Shown here piece by piece: positions 1-10,185 of a stretch of 64,000 nucleotides of DNA (position 1 is its first letter; every line of letters begins with the position of its first letter). The notes beneath the pieces were generated by a model. That model saw only the letters and a list, made by a program, of their open reading frames with translations. It had not been told where the DNA came from and did not search any database. This DNA comes from Bdellovibrionales bacterium. GTDB lineage: Bacteria; Bdellovibrionota; Bdellovibrionia; Bdellovibrionales; UBA1609. Where the stretch lies: contig OZ241456.1 of NCBI GenBank assembly GCA_965200875.1, positions 736,001-800,000 on the forward strand. The letters are read 5' to 3'. The position numbers were made by a program, and so were the translations under genes.

Positions 1-1
1 G

Positions 2-409
2 GTTGGTTTTTTAGTAGCTTTACAGGCAGGAACTTATTTAATGGATCAAGGGGAATGTGATAAAGCCATAACTAATTTTCAGTTTATCACAAGGAGTGAA
101 AAAGCAAAATGGCTTTGGCCAATGACGCTGACTAAAACAGCACTTTGTTATGAAAAGCAAAATAAATGGGATCAGGCAAAGGAAGTTTATAAGCGTGTGA
201 AAAATGATTTTTCAGACTCTTTGGACGCGGAAACAGCAGGACAATATCTGAATTTATTGAAACTAAGAATGAAAATGGATAAAAAGTTTTTGGGCAAAAA
301 AGAAGAAAGCCAATCAGCGGAAAATAAAACTGCAGAATCAGGAAAAGATGTTATGGAAAAGAGCAATCCATCTTTGGATAGTGTGAAAAAAAGTTTGCAG
401 AAGGAGTAA
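2..409 (+). CDS. TPR-repeat protein (YfgM-like), 5'-partial
   Basis: Frame is open from the window start; TPR-like helices (ALCYEKQNKWDQAKEVY); lies directly upstream of a BamB-like gene, as yfgM does. Confidence 0.6.
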   Translation, partial: VGFLVALQAGTYLMDQGECDKAITNFQFITRSEKAKWLWPMTLTKTALCYEKQNKWDQAKEVYKRVKNDFSDSLDAETAGQYLNLLKLRMKMDKKFLGKKEESQSAENKTAESGKDVMEKSNPSLDSVKKSLQKE

Positions 410-413
410 AGCT

Positions 414-1568
414 GTGCAGAAATTAGTATGGCAGGTCAAAGGCTGTGTTTTTTTAAGTATGTTATTTGTTTCCTGCCAGTCTTTTAATAAAGAAGCTAAT
501 CACCTACGCTCCGGGCAAAATAAAAAATCTGTTGTTGCGCGAAAAATGTGGATTCGGGAAACTTTTTTTAAAAATTTTACCCGGCCTTCTGTTTTACAGT
601 CTATAAAGCCTGTTTTTGCTTCTTCCGGGTTATTAGTTCAGGGGAACAGAGTAAATGGGTTGAGTGCTTACACTTTGGAGCAGGGAAAAAGAAAATGGTT
701 TTTCTCTGTTAAAGGTGGGTTGGCTGGGGATGTGTTGGTTGAAAGCGATTTTGTGTTTTTTGGGGGAGCGGATGGATTTATGTACGCGCTTTACCTAAGC
801 ACGGGTCGGGTGTTATGGAAATATTATGTCGGTGCTGTTAATATAAGCCGACCGACAATAAGAGATAATCATTTATATTTCGCGTCTGCTAATAGAATGT
901 ATTGTTTAAAAGCGAAAACAGGGGAAAGTGTATGGACCTATACAGCTTCATTAAGTCCCTCGGAGTTTACCATTGAAGGCGTAGCTAGCCCACTTGTAAA
1001 CAAAGCTAAAAGTTCTCTTATATATTTTAAAACAAGCGATGGTTCGCTTATCGCTTTAAACTCCAGAGGCAAACTAAAGTGGAAACAAAAGTTATCTCAA
1101 TCATCTGATCGATTTACCTCTGCCGTTTCCGATCCTGTAATGGGAAAAATGTGTTTATACAGTGCTGGAGTGGAGTCGGGTTTATATTGTTTGAATAAAA
1201 AAACCGGCAAAGTAATCTGGAAAAACTCTTCTGGTTCTCATGGTAATTTGCTTCTTTCCGGTTCTCGAATTTTTTATTCGACATCAGATGGAAAAATATT
1301 AGCTTTGGATCAAAGATCAGGAAAACAAATTTGGAGTCATCAGGTGGAGGAAACAATAGCCACCTCTCCTGTATTATATAAAGACATTTTAATTTATGGA
1401 GAGTACTCAGGTGCTTTGCGTTTTATATCCCGCGATACCGGAAAAGCTTTGGGTTATTTTTCTTTTGGAAGTGGAATGTCCGCGCCTCCTTTGGTATCAG
1501 CAGTAAACTCAGAACTTTATTTTCTTTCCAATGTTGGATGGCTCTATAAACTAAAGCTTCTTTTATAA
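414..1568 (+). CDS. PQQ-type beta-propeller lipoprotein, BamB-like
   Basis: Lipobox-like LFVSC; repeated A-x-D/N-xx-TG-xx-W blade motifs (TGRVLW, TGESVW, TGKVIW, SGKQIW). Confidence 0.75.
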   Translation: MQKLVWQVKGCVFLSMLFVSCQSFNKEANHLRSGQNKKSVVARKMWIRETFFKNFTRPSVLQSIKPVFASSGLLVQGNRVNGLSAYTLEQGKRKWFFSVKGGLAGDVLVESDFVFFGGADGFMYALYLSTGRVLWKYYVGAVNISRPTIRDNHLYFASANRMYCLKAKTGESVWTYTASLSPSEFTIEGVASPLVNKAKSSLIYFKTSDGSLIALNSRGKLKWKQKLSQSSDRFTSAVSDPVMGKMCLYSAGVESGLYCLNKKTGKVIWKNSSGSHGNLLLSGSRIFYSTSDGKILALDQRSGKQIWSHQVEETIATSPVLYKDILIYGEYSGALRFISRDTGKALGYFSFGSGMSAPPLVSAVNSELYFLSNVGWLYKLKLLL

Positions 1569-1913
1569 ATTCTTTTCTTGTTGGGCGTAGTATTCTAAAG
1601 GATGTGTGTGTATTGCTCATGCTCACAGATTGGTCTCAAATCTGCGTTTTGCATAAATTTATAACGCTCCGTATTAAATAAGATATTTGTAAAAAATTCA
1701 CATATTGAAAAATATACACATACACAATGGTAAATATATGTTATCCAAGGACTTTTTACATATCTTGAAACAGGAAAAGGTTTTGATTTTGTTTATAAAG
1801 TTTCTGAGGAAAATAACCGAAACTTCACATTTTTTTATAGCTTGTCAAAAACAATAAAATATGTTCTTTAAGATAGCAAAGTTTCATCAACAAAAACTTT
1901 CAGGAGGTTTACG

Positions 1914-4805
1914 ATGAGGTATCTATTATTTTTAGCACTTTTTGTTTTTCTGTCTTTTTCTTCTTTGGCTGAAGTACAGGCAGATAAATCAACCGAAGAG
2001 CAGGAAAAGAAATCAGCAGAAGAGCAAAACAGGACAGTAGCTGAAGAGCACGAAGACGCAGAAGAGCAAAAATCAGATGAAGAAGTGGAAAAATTAGAAG
2101 TTTTAGGTTCACATATTAAAAAAATATCTACAGAGGGACCTTCTCCGGTTTTAGTGATTGATCGTGAACAAATTGAAATGTCTGGTTATAATTCTCTTGG
2201 GGCCGTTTTACGGGATCTGCCTGTGGCTTCTTTTGGTGGACAAAGAGCTGCTTCTTTAAGAGATATTCCAAGTTCAACGGGAACTAGCCTTAGAGGAATG
2301 AAAAGCAACAATATTTTAATTCTTATTAATGGAGCGCGAGTTTCTCCTATAGGAGGAGGTTCTGCTGTCGATTTAAATATAATTCCTCTATCTGTAATTG
2401 AGCGAATTGAAATTTTAAAAGAAGGAACTCCTCTTTACGGTTCCGACGCCATCGGTGGAGTGATTAATGTGGTTACAAAGAGTGACTACGCCGGCGGAGA
2501 AGTAAATGTGCATGGTTCTCTTGTGCAGAGAGTGGAAGGAAATAGCTGGGAGGGTTTTGCATCTTTAGTAGATTTTTGGAATTGGGATGAAACAGGCCAC
2601 TCTACTGTGGATAACTCTTGGGCAGGGAAAGCAGACACATTAAGTGTTGATGCCAGCTATGGTGGAAGTAAAAGTGACATAAACTATATAGTAGGAGGAC
2701 AAGTGCGCTTGGATACCTCTATTTATATGAGAGATCGTTCATTTGGGCAACCATTGGTGAAGCATTATTCTCCCACAGGTTCTCCAGGTTCATGGAAAGA
2801 AGTGGATTCTTCTTGGAACCCGGCTCCGGGATGTCCTGAAGAGAATGTAGAAAAGGGAAGATGTAAATTTGACTTTTCTTCTTTTATGAGTTTTATGCCA
2901 CAGATTTTTCAAACAAGTGGTTTTTTTCAAGCCAGTACAGATATTGATGATATGATGATTTCAGGAAGAGTAATATATAATTATACAAGAGCACATTCTG
3001 TATTGGCACCTGCTCCGGACGGAATGAGGGTTCCTATGGAGTTAGCTCAAAAAATGGGATTACCAGCGGATAAAGATGTAGATCTTGCTTATCGTCTCGT
3101 AGGTGAAGAAGGAACTGGCCCAAGAGAAGGTATGACAAATCAACATTTTTATCAAGTTCAATTTGGAGCTATAAAACCTTTTTTGAACACATTGGAATTA
3201 GAGCTGGAACTTAATATTTCAGGTGCTCATTATTTTCATACAGGAAAAGGTTACGCAATAAAAAAAGCTCCTAATCCTAATGATGGTGAAGGTAACAAAT
3301 CTATAGAAGAGGAAGCTTTGCAATTAATGAAAGATGAGGGGAAAACCAATTTGGATGATTTAGCCAAGCAAGATAAGTTTAACCCTATTGCTGATAAAAA
3401 GAATGATGTTTCCAAAGCAACCTATGAGCCTTTTAGCAACACTCACTCTAATGTGATAAGTTTGGAACCTAAGCTTACTGGTGAAATTATGGAGATTGGT
3501 GAACAGTCGTCTCTTCTATTTGCTATGGGTGCCGTAGCCGCTTGGCAAAGGTATGATCAGAATAGCGATGTAATTAGTAAAGCTGGTGTGCAATGGGGAG
3601 GTGGTGTTGTAAGTGAAGGTTCAGGAGATCGTTTGTCCAGTGGGTTCTATGGTGAACTTTCTTCTATACTTGCTGAAATGATAGAAGTACAAATAGGTGC
3701 CAGAACAGATTATTACTATAGTGATGTTGGTTTTAGTGGTTTTGCCATGCAGGATATGTTTGATGGTGATCTCACCCTTCCATTTTCCCCAAGAGCTGCT
3801 TTATCTTTTCAGCCAATAAATGAAATAAAATTCAGGACTTCTTGGGGGATGGGGTTTAAAGCTCCTACATTAATGAGTTTAAATCATGATGAAGTAATTG
3901 GCCACCCTTTTACTATTGATTATGTTCAGTGTCCTTCTTATGATCGTCAAAACCCAGAGTGTAACAAAAAGCAGGTTGAGGCTAAATTTACATCCTCTGA
4001 TGAACTAAAGCCGGAACTTTCTCAATCCTTTAATGTTGGTGTGGTTGTGGAACCAACACAAGGTATTTCTTTTGGTCTGGATTATTACCGCACCACACAG
4101 GAAGATATCATAATTAATTTTTCAGACGCGGACTCCTTAAATGAATTTACAAGAAATGTTATCAAATACGAACAAAAATACGGTGTGGAAAAATTGAGAA
4201 ATTTGGGAAAATATAATGTAAAAAGAAGCCCGACTGGAGAGGTAGAAACAGTGGAAGTACAAGCCACTAACTTGGCCAACTATGAGGCACAAGGTCTGGA
4301 TTTTGAATTTACTTTAACTATGCCTTTGGAAGCTGGTTGGGATCTGGGTTTTAGTGTTCAGCATTCTCATTTGCTTTATGTGGAACAGCAAGTGTTTGAA
4401 GGTTTGGATGCAGAGTTACCTGTTCCGTATTATGAATGGATAGATGATTCAGCAGGTACAGAAGAAACATGGTATGGCTTTCCTCGTTGGAGGAACAGAG
4501 CTATTCTTAGTGTAATGAATAAAGACATGGGACATAGTGCTCAGCTGATTGTTCATAATATTCCAGGACAGTTAAAACTGCCTGAGTCGAAGGAAAAAAC
4601 AGAATATTATTGGCAATTGGATCTGGCTGGCACTGTTGGTTTGACGAAATCAACTAGGTTGACATTGGGAATTAGAAATATTCTGGGTCAGGAGCGTCCT
4701 GATAACAAAGAAGATTTTACAGCCGGCGGTGGATACATTCACTCATCCTTGTATAGTATTCGTGGTCGAACAATTGATGCTAGGTTAACTTATAACTTTC
4801 AGTAG
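1914..4805 (+). CDS. TonB-dependent outer-membrane receptor
   Basis: Signal peptide, TonB-box-like EKLEVLGS, plug motifs (LILING, IERIEILK, YGSDAIGGVINVVTK), C-terminal GRTIDARLTYNF. Confidence 0.93.
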   Translation: MRYLLFLALFVFLSFSSLAEVQADKSTEEQEKKSAEEQNRTVAEEHEDAEEQKSDEEVEKLEVLGSHIKKISTEGPSPVLVIDREQIEMSGYNSLGAVLRDLPVASFGGQRAASLRDIPSSTGTSLRGMKSNNILILINGARVSPIGGGSAVDLNIIPLSVIERIEILKEGTPLYGSDAIGGVINVVTKSDYAGGEVNVHGSLVQRVEGNSWEGFASLVDFWNWDETGHSTVDNSWAGKADTLSVDASYGGSKSDINYIVGGQVRLDTSIYMRDRSFGQPLVKHYSPTGSPGSWKEVDSSWNPAPGCPEENVEKGRCKFDFSSFMSFMPQIFQTSGFFQASTDIDDMMISGRVIYNYTRAHSVLAPAPDGMRVPMELAQKMGLPADKDVDLAYRLVGEEGTGPREGMTNQHFYQVQFGAIKPFLNTLELELELNISGAHYFHTGKGYAIKKAPNPNDGEGNKSIEEEALQLMKDEGKTNLDDLAKQDKFNPIADKKNDVSKATYEPFSNTHSNVISLEPKLTGEIMEIGEQSSLLFAMGAVAAWQRYDQNSDVISKAGVQWGGGVVSEGSGDRLSSGFYGELSSILAEMIEVQIGARTDYYYSDVGFSGFAMQDMFDGDLTLPFSPRAALSFQPINEIKFRTSWGMGFKAPTLMSLNHDEVIGHPFTIDYVQCPSYDRQNPECNKKQVEAKFTSSDELKPELSQSFNVGVVVEPTQGISFGLDYYRTTQEDIIINFSDADSLNEFTRNVIKYEQKYGVEKLRNLGKYNVKRSPTGEVETVEVQATNLANYEAQGLDFEFTLTMPLEAGWDLGFSVQHSHLLYVEQQVFEGLDAELPVPYYEWIDDSAGTEETWYGFPRWRNRAILSVMNKDMGHSAQLIVHNIPGQLKLPESKEKTEYYWQLDLAGTVGLTKSTRLTLGIRNILGQERPDNKEDFTAGGGYIHSSLYSIRGRTIDARLTYNFQ

Positions 4806-4986
4806 AAAGTTCAGGTTAAGTGTTTTTTTTACTGACTGACATTGATTAAAGATAAACAAGTTGATTGATTGTGGATTTGGAGTTTTTTAAGAAGGGGAAT
4901 ATAAATCAGCTCAGGAGTTTGTAATATACACAAATTATGTATTTCCCATGTAGGAAAAGTAATAAATTATTATAAAAAGGTTTTGT

Positions 4987-5835
4987 GTGAATGTAACTCA
5001 AATTGGGCTGGTTGTTTTGTTGGCAGTCAGCCCCTTTTTTTTGTCAGCCAATGAAAACCAACAGTCGGATGGCTTGGTGTCGTCTTTTTCTGCTGAAATA
5101 AATCTATTTGCAAGCAATGAAAAAAAGCTCAATCAGGTGATTGAAGAGCAAATGAAAAACCACCAAAAAGGTGCTGACTCCCAGAGAAAAGTCTCTTCTT
5201 TGGCAGATGAAACAGAAGATATTGTCAATGATTATGAAATCACTTTGCGCAGGATTGAAGACACTCGTAATTATAACAGTCAATTAAAAAAACTCCTCGC
5301 AGATCAAACCGCAGAAATGTCCTCTATTCGAACACAAATAGTGGAAGTCAAGCAAACCAGTAAGAATATTTTGCCACTCATGGTGGAAATGATTAAAAAT
5401 CTGGAAAAATTTATCTCCCTAGATGTTCCCTTTTTGCTGGAGGAAAGAAAGAAGCGTGTGGTGGAAATCAAAAAAATCATGGATCGCGCAGGGGTTTCCA
5501 TATCGGAAAAATACCGCCGGCTTATGGAAGCTTATCAGATTGAAAATGAATACGGCAGAACTCTCGAAGATTATAGGGGGTTTCAGGATGTGGACGGAAA
5601 AAAATTGAGCGTAAATTATCTGCGTGTGGGTCGCATCGCCCTGATTTATCAAAGTCTGGATGGAAAAAAACAGGCATACTGGAATAAAAATAAAAAACAA
5701 TGGGTAAAACTCCCTTCCCGTTATGGCAGAACCGTGGAAGATGGGCTTAAGATAGCCAGAAAACAACAGGCTCCTGAGTTATTAATCGTGCCGATTCCTG
5801 CTCCCATAAAAACAAACAATAGAGGTGTGGATTAA
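4987..5835 (+). CDS. DUF3450-family periplasmic protein (TtpB-like)
   Basis: DVPFLLEER, SEKYRRLMEAYQIENEYGR and LRVGRIAL motifs; first gene of the energiser operon. Confidence 0.85.
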   Translation: MNVTQIGLVVLLAVSPFFLSANENQQSDGLVSSFSAEINLFASNEKKLNQVIEEQMKNHQKGADSQRKVSSLADETEDIVNDYEITLRRIEDTRNYNSQLKKLLADQTAEMSSIRTQIVEVKQTSKNILPLMVEMIKNLEKFISLDVPFLLEERKKRVVEIKKIMDRAGVSISEKYRRLMEAYQIENEYGRTLEDYRGFQDVDGKKLSVNYLRVGRIALIYQSLDGKKQAYWNKNKKQWVKLPSRYGRTVEDGLKIARKQQAPELLIVPIPAPIKTNNRGVD

Positions 5836-5847
5836 GAGGTAGAGAAT

Positions 5848-7284
5848 ATGAAACAAATATTACAGAGTTTTCAAAAAAGTGGTTTATTCATGCGCACTAT
5901 ACGACCTTTGTGTTACTTTATGATGTATCTTTGTTGCTTTATGTTCTGTCTGTTTCTGCCACTTTTTTTGTTTTCCGCACAGGCTGACACTTTAGATGTT
6001 CTGTTAAAAAAAGTTTTGGATGAGAGGAAATATGAATCAAAGGAACTTCAACAAAGAGAAAAAGATTTTAAAAAGAATCGGGATAATAGAAAAGCACTTT
6101 TAAATAAAGCGCGTGCGGAATTAAGAAGAGAGGAACGAATAAGCGAGCGTCTTACCACTGAATTTGAGAAAAATGAAAAAGAATTGGCCATATTAGAAAA
6201 TGAGCTGAATATAACAGTGGGGGTTTTGGGAGAACTGTTTGGAGTGGTAAAGCAAATAGCTGGTGACTTCCGAGGACAAACCCTTAATTCTCTTGTTTCA
6301 GTGGAAATACCTGGCCGGGAAAAATTTGTGGAAACCATTGCCGTCAGAAAAAAACTTCCTACTATCAAGGAATTGCGACAACTCTGGTTTGAGTTGCAAA
6401 GAGAGATGACAGAGCAGGGAAGAGTCACTCAATTTCCGGCAGAAGTGATTGCCTTGGATGGAAAAAAGTCAACACAAACAATTACACGCGTGGGGGCGTT
6501 TAATCTCATAAGCAAAGGAAAATACCTGAGCCACCAAGGAGATTCTGCTCAAATTGTGGAACTGCCAAAGCAACCGGAACGGCGTTTTACCCGCCATATT
6601 GGAAAAGTGGAAAAAGCTAAATCAGGAACTTTTCCTGTTTTTGCTGTAGATCCCTCTAGAGGTTCTTTGATTTCCATTCTTATTAGCACGCCCAGTGTTT
6701 TTGAAAGAGTCAAGCAAGGTGGTTTTGTGGGGTTGGTTATTATTATTATATTAATTATTGGGCTTTGTTTGGTCCTAGAGCGATTTATTGTTATCAGAAA
6801 AGAGGAGAAAAAGATTGAAGCGCAACTTACAAGCTCTACAGCGAAATCGGATAATCCAGTGGGGCAAATTCTTTCCCTGTATGAAAAAAACAAACATTTG
6901 GATATGGAAACTCTGGAAATAAAATTAAATGAAATAGTTATTAAATATCTTCCAAGGGTGGAGAGAAGAATAGGTGTTATAAAGCTTTTGGCAGGTATAT
7001 CACCCCTCTTGGGGCTACTTGGTACGGTGATGGGGATGATATTGACTTTTCAGTCCATTACCTTGTTTGGCACAGGAGATCCCAAGCTTATGGCTGGAGG
7101 AATTTCACAGGCATTGGTGACAACTATGTTAGGGTTGATCTGCGCTGTTCCTCTGTTATTGTTTCATACTTTTATTTCCAGTCGCTCTCAAAAGGTGGCA
7201 CAAGTGTTGGAGGAGCAAACTACAGGGTTGTTAGCCAAAAAACTTTTAGCAGAACAAAAAGCAGAACAAAAAGATATAACATGA
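5848..7284 (+). CDS. Long MotA/TolQ/ExbB proton-channel protein (TtpC-like)
   Basis: GELFGVV, RVGAFN, DPSRG and PLLGLLGTVMGMI..TF..GTGDPKLMAGGISQALVTT motifs; start may be 5890. Confidence 0.88.
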   Translation: MKQILQSFQKSGLFMRTIRPLCYFMMYLCCFMFCLFLPLFLFSAQADTLDVLLKKVLDERKYESKELQQREKDFKKNRDNRKALLNKARAELRREERISERLTTEFEKNEKELAILENELNITVGVLGELFGVVKQIAGDFRGQTLNSLVSVEIPGREKFVETIAVRKKLPTIKELRQLWFELQREMTEQGRVTQFPAEVIALDGKKSTQTITRVGAFNLISKGKYLSHQGDSAQIVELPKQPERRFTRHIGKVEKAKSGTFPVFAVDPSRGSLISILISTPSVFERVKQGGFVGLVIIIILIIGLCLVLERFIVIRKEEKKIEAQLTSSTAKSDNPVGQILSLYEKNKHLDMETLEIKLNEIVIKYLPRVERRIGVIKLLAGISPLLGLLGTVMGMILTFQSITLFGTGDPKLMAGGISQALVTTMLGLICAVPLLLFHTFISSRSQKVAQVLEEQTTGLLAKKLLAEQKAEQKDIT

Positions 7285-7922
7285 ATGTAGTTTATCATTT
7301 TTTTGAAACAATATTGAATTTTATGAACCAAGGAGGCTGGGTTTTAAATTGGATTTTTTGTGCTGTTTTTATTTTATGGCTTTTAGCTATAGACAGATTT
7401 TGGTATTTACATTTTAATTTTAAAAAAGATTCTCAAGAGATTTTAAATAATTGGAAAAATTTTTCTTTCACAAATATAAATCAAACTGATGGGGAAAGGA
7501 ATAGGCTTTCAGAATCTTCATCTGCGGAGAGAGGAAAATTTGCACAGGAAAGCCCTCGCCAAAGTCGTATAAAGAGGAATCAAAAAAATATTTTATTCTC
7601 GAAGATACGAAAAGCCGAGTTATCCTCTTTGAATATGTTATTAAATAAACACATTTCTCTTATTAAAACTCTTGTAGCACTTTGCCCGTTGTTGGGTTTA
7701 TTGGGAACAGTTACAGGAATGATTTATGTTTTTGAAATAATGTCTGCTGTGGGCACAGGCAATGCACGGTTGATGGCCAGCGGTGTTTCAAGGGCCACTA
7801 TACCCACAATGGCTGGTATGGTGGGTGCTCTCTCTGGTATTTATATCAGTCGTGTGTTGGAAAACCGCGTAAACAAGGAAAAACAAAAACTCGTTCATTC
7901 CTTAATGGAGATGGAAACATAA
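7281..7922 (+). CDS. exbB: ExbB/TolQ family protein
   Basis: CPLLGLLGTVTGMI and GNARLMASGVSRATIPTMAGM motifs; ATGA overlap with the upstream gene. Confidence 0.88.
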   Translation: MNVVYHFFETILNFMNQGGWVLNWIFCAVFILWLLAIDRFWYLHFNFKKDSQEILNNWKNFSFTNINQTDGERNRLSESSSAERGKFAQESPRQSRIKRNQKNILFSKIRKAELSSLNMLLNKHISLIKTLVALCPLLGLLGTVTGMIYVFEIMSAVGTGNARLMASGVSRATIPTMAGMVGALSGIYISRVLENRVNKEKQKLVHSLMEMET

Positions 7923-8323
7923 TGAGAAGAATCATTAAGAAAAAAGATGAAGAAAGCACTATTGATTTAACTCCCATGCTGGATGTGGTTTTTATTATGC
8001 TCATCTTTTTTATTGTCACAACCTCATTTGTAAAGGAATCCGGTATTGATGTGAGTCGTCCCTCCGCTAAAACTGCCAAGAAAAAAGAAAGAGCTACAAT
8101 ATTGGTGGCTATTGGCCAGTCAGGGGAGATATGGATCCAAAGAAGAAAAGTGGATATTCGATCTGTAAGAGCCAATATTGAAAGATTGCATGCGGAAAGC
8201 CCAGAAGGAACTGTCGTTATTCAGGCTGACGAAAGATCAGAAACTGGTTTGTTAGTGGATGTAATGGATCAAGTGCGTCTGGCTGGAGTGGAGAGTATTG
8301 CCGTTTCTGCAAAGCAAAAATAA
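7922..8323 (+). CDS. exbD: Biopolymer transporter ExbD
   Basis: IDLTPMLDVVFIMLIFFIVT signature; VVIQAD. Confidence 0.95.
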   Translation: MRRIIKKKDEESTIDLTPMLDVVFIMLIFFIVTTSFVKESGIDVSRPSAKTAKKKERATILVAIGQSGEIWIQRRKVDIRSVRANIERLHAESPEGTVVIQADERSETGLLVDVMDQVRLAGVESIAVSAKQK

Positions 8324-8342
8324 AACTGGACTATTTATTATT

Positions 8343-8984
8343 ATGAAAAAAATAATACTGGCGCAAAATACACTTGTGAAAATCATTGCCAGCGCGGGGT
8401 TGGCTTTCCTGACAGTCCTAGTTCTTTTTTACATTATGTCAGCTTTGATTTCCAATACACCGGATATAAACAAACAAGCGAATCAAACCAGTTTGATTGA
8501 ATTTATCCGAGTGAAGCCACGGACCTTCCTAGATGAAAAAAAACGAAAACTACCGGAAAAAAAACCAAAAGAAATGAAACCCCCTAAAATGAAAATGCTT
8601 TCTTCCGCTTTGTCTAAACCTCAAAAAATGAATCAACAAATGAATTTACCAGATATAAAATCCATTTTAAAATCCGGTGGGCCGGCGGTAGGAGGGCTGG
8701 GTATGGCTATGGGTTCTGAAGTCACTCCTCTGATTCGCATTGAGCCACAATATCCCAGAAAAGCAGCCATGCAAGGCATAGAAGGCTGGGTTATTTTACA
8801 ATTTAATCTTACTCCAGCCGGTTCTGTGAGTGATGTGCAGGTGCTGTCTGCACGACCTCCCAGAATATTCGACCGGGAAGCTATAAAAGCTTTGCGGAAA
8901 TGGAAGTATCGCCCTAAAATGGAAAATGGAAAACCTGTTGAACAAAAAGGCATGAAAGTGCAACTGAATTTCAAACTGGAATGA
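8343..8984 (+). CDS. tonB: Energy transducer TonB
   Basis: N-terminal TM helix, Pro/Lys linker, C-terminal PQYPRKA..GIEGWV..FDREAIKALRKWKYRP; ATG 8343 preferred over the ORF-track start 8298. Confidence 0.92.
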   Translation: MKKIILAQNTLVKIIASAGLAFLTVLVLFYIMSALISNTPDINKQANQTSLIEFIRVKPRTFLDEKKRKLPEKKPKEMKPPKMKMLSSALSKPQKMNQQMNLPDIKSILKSGGPAVGGLGMAMGSEVTPLIRIEPQYPRKAAMQGIEGWVILQFNLTPAGSVSDVQVLSARPPRIFDREAIKALRKWKYRPKMENGKPVEQKGMKVQLNFKLE

Positions 8985-9110
8985 TGGTTTTCAATGTGCT
9001 TTTACAAAAAATATTTTTTGAGTTATTAAAAAAAAACTTTTTAGTGGAAAAACACGAGGATGAATCGACCTTGAAAAATGAACATATAAACATAATATAA
9101 GGAGAAAGAT

Positions 9111-9974
9111 ATGGTTTTGTCGGAAAAATTTAAGTTATCAGCTGGTGGAAAGTACTTGGGATGGAACAGAAGTAAAATTGTTTTTTTGATCATATTTTGT
9201 TTCAATGTCTCAAATCTTTTTGCGGTGCCCCCTCAAACCGGATTTCAGTTTGAGATAAATCCATTGATTGGAATGTCGTATCAAAATCAGGAGGAAAAAG
9301 AAAAAAAAATAATTTTGGAAAAGTTACAAATTAGTGAGCGAAAGAGGTTGATAAAATTGCTGAATAATCAAAAAAGTCTGGAAGAATTTTTAAAGAAGGA
9401 AAGCAAAGAAAATATTCAGGTGCTTTTTCAGATTGCAATTTCCTCTTCCTCTTTGGATAAAATCAGATATATTTTGGAAAACAGTTCTGTGGATATAAAT
9501 GCAAAAAATAATATTGAAGTTCCTTTTTTTCATTTGATTCTTATGAGACAAAATCAGGATATAGATATCACTAGATTTTTTTTAAATTATTCTGGTATGG
9601 ATTTGCATGCAGTAAACAAATGGGGTGATAATTTATTTCATGCTGTATTTCTGAGTGCTAAAAGATCAAAGTGGCTTCCTAACTTAAACCTTTTATTTGA
9701 TCATAAACAATTTAAGGATATTGCTCACTTATTGAACACCACAAATATCTATGGAGAAACTCCTATGGATTTTTTCATAAGGGAATTGATGAGCGGTAAC
9801 ACTCGTGTATCCATGCAGTATTTATATTCTATTTATCAGGCATTGAAAAGTAAAGGTGCTCGATACACTGTAAAATCGGAGGATGTAGAAAAAAAGATAC
9901 AGATTTTTATCCTGCAAAAAAAACCTAAATCAGCCCATCAAAATACATCTTCCTGTAGAGGAGCCTGGATATAG
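9111..9974 (+). CDS. Secreted ankyrin-repeat protein
   Basis: VDINAKNN, DLHAVNKWGDNLFH and NIYGETPMD repeats; hydrophobic N-terminus; RBS AAGGAG. Confidence 0.7.
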   Translation: MVLSEKFKLSAGGKYLGWNRSKIVFLIIFCFNVSNLFAVPPQTGFQFEINPLIGMSYQNQEEKEKKIILEKLQISERKRLIKLLNNQKSLEEFLKKESKENIQVLFQIAISSSSLDKIRYILENSSVDINAKNNIEVPFFHLILMRQNQDIDITRFFLNYSGMDLHAVNKWGDNLFHAVFLSAKRSKWLPNLNLLFDHKQFKDIAHLLNTTNIYGETPMDFFIRELMSGNTRVSMQYLYSIYQALKSKGARYTVKSEDVEKKIQIFILQKKPKSAHQNTSSCRGAWI

Positions 9975-10071
9975 TAAAAAAACTGAATTCATGACATTTG
10001 GAAGAAATTTATTTTTTGCTGAAAATAAAAATTTTTGTTATAAATAATCATCTGTGAAAAAATATATTTTT

Positions 10072-10148
10072 GGGGTGGTGGTCTAGTTGGTTAGGATGCC
10101 GGCCTGTCACGCTGGAGATCGCGGGTTCGAGCCCCGTCCACCCCGCCA
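10072..10148 (+). tRNA. tRNA-Asp (GTC)
   Basis: 77-nt cloverleaf GGGGTGG...CCACCCC-GCCA; anticodon loop CTGTCAC; T-loop GTTCGAG; encoded CCA. Confidence 0.97.
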
Positions 10149-10185
10149 TTTTATTTAATGCAAAATTAAACAAGGTTTTTCCCGG

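Noticed and set aside
1569..1913. Riboswitch or Fur box upstream of the TonB-dependent receptor
   Set aside because: No cobalamin or TPP consensus and no convincing Fur palindrome seen in this very AT-rich region
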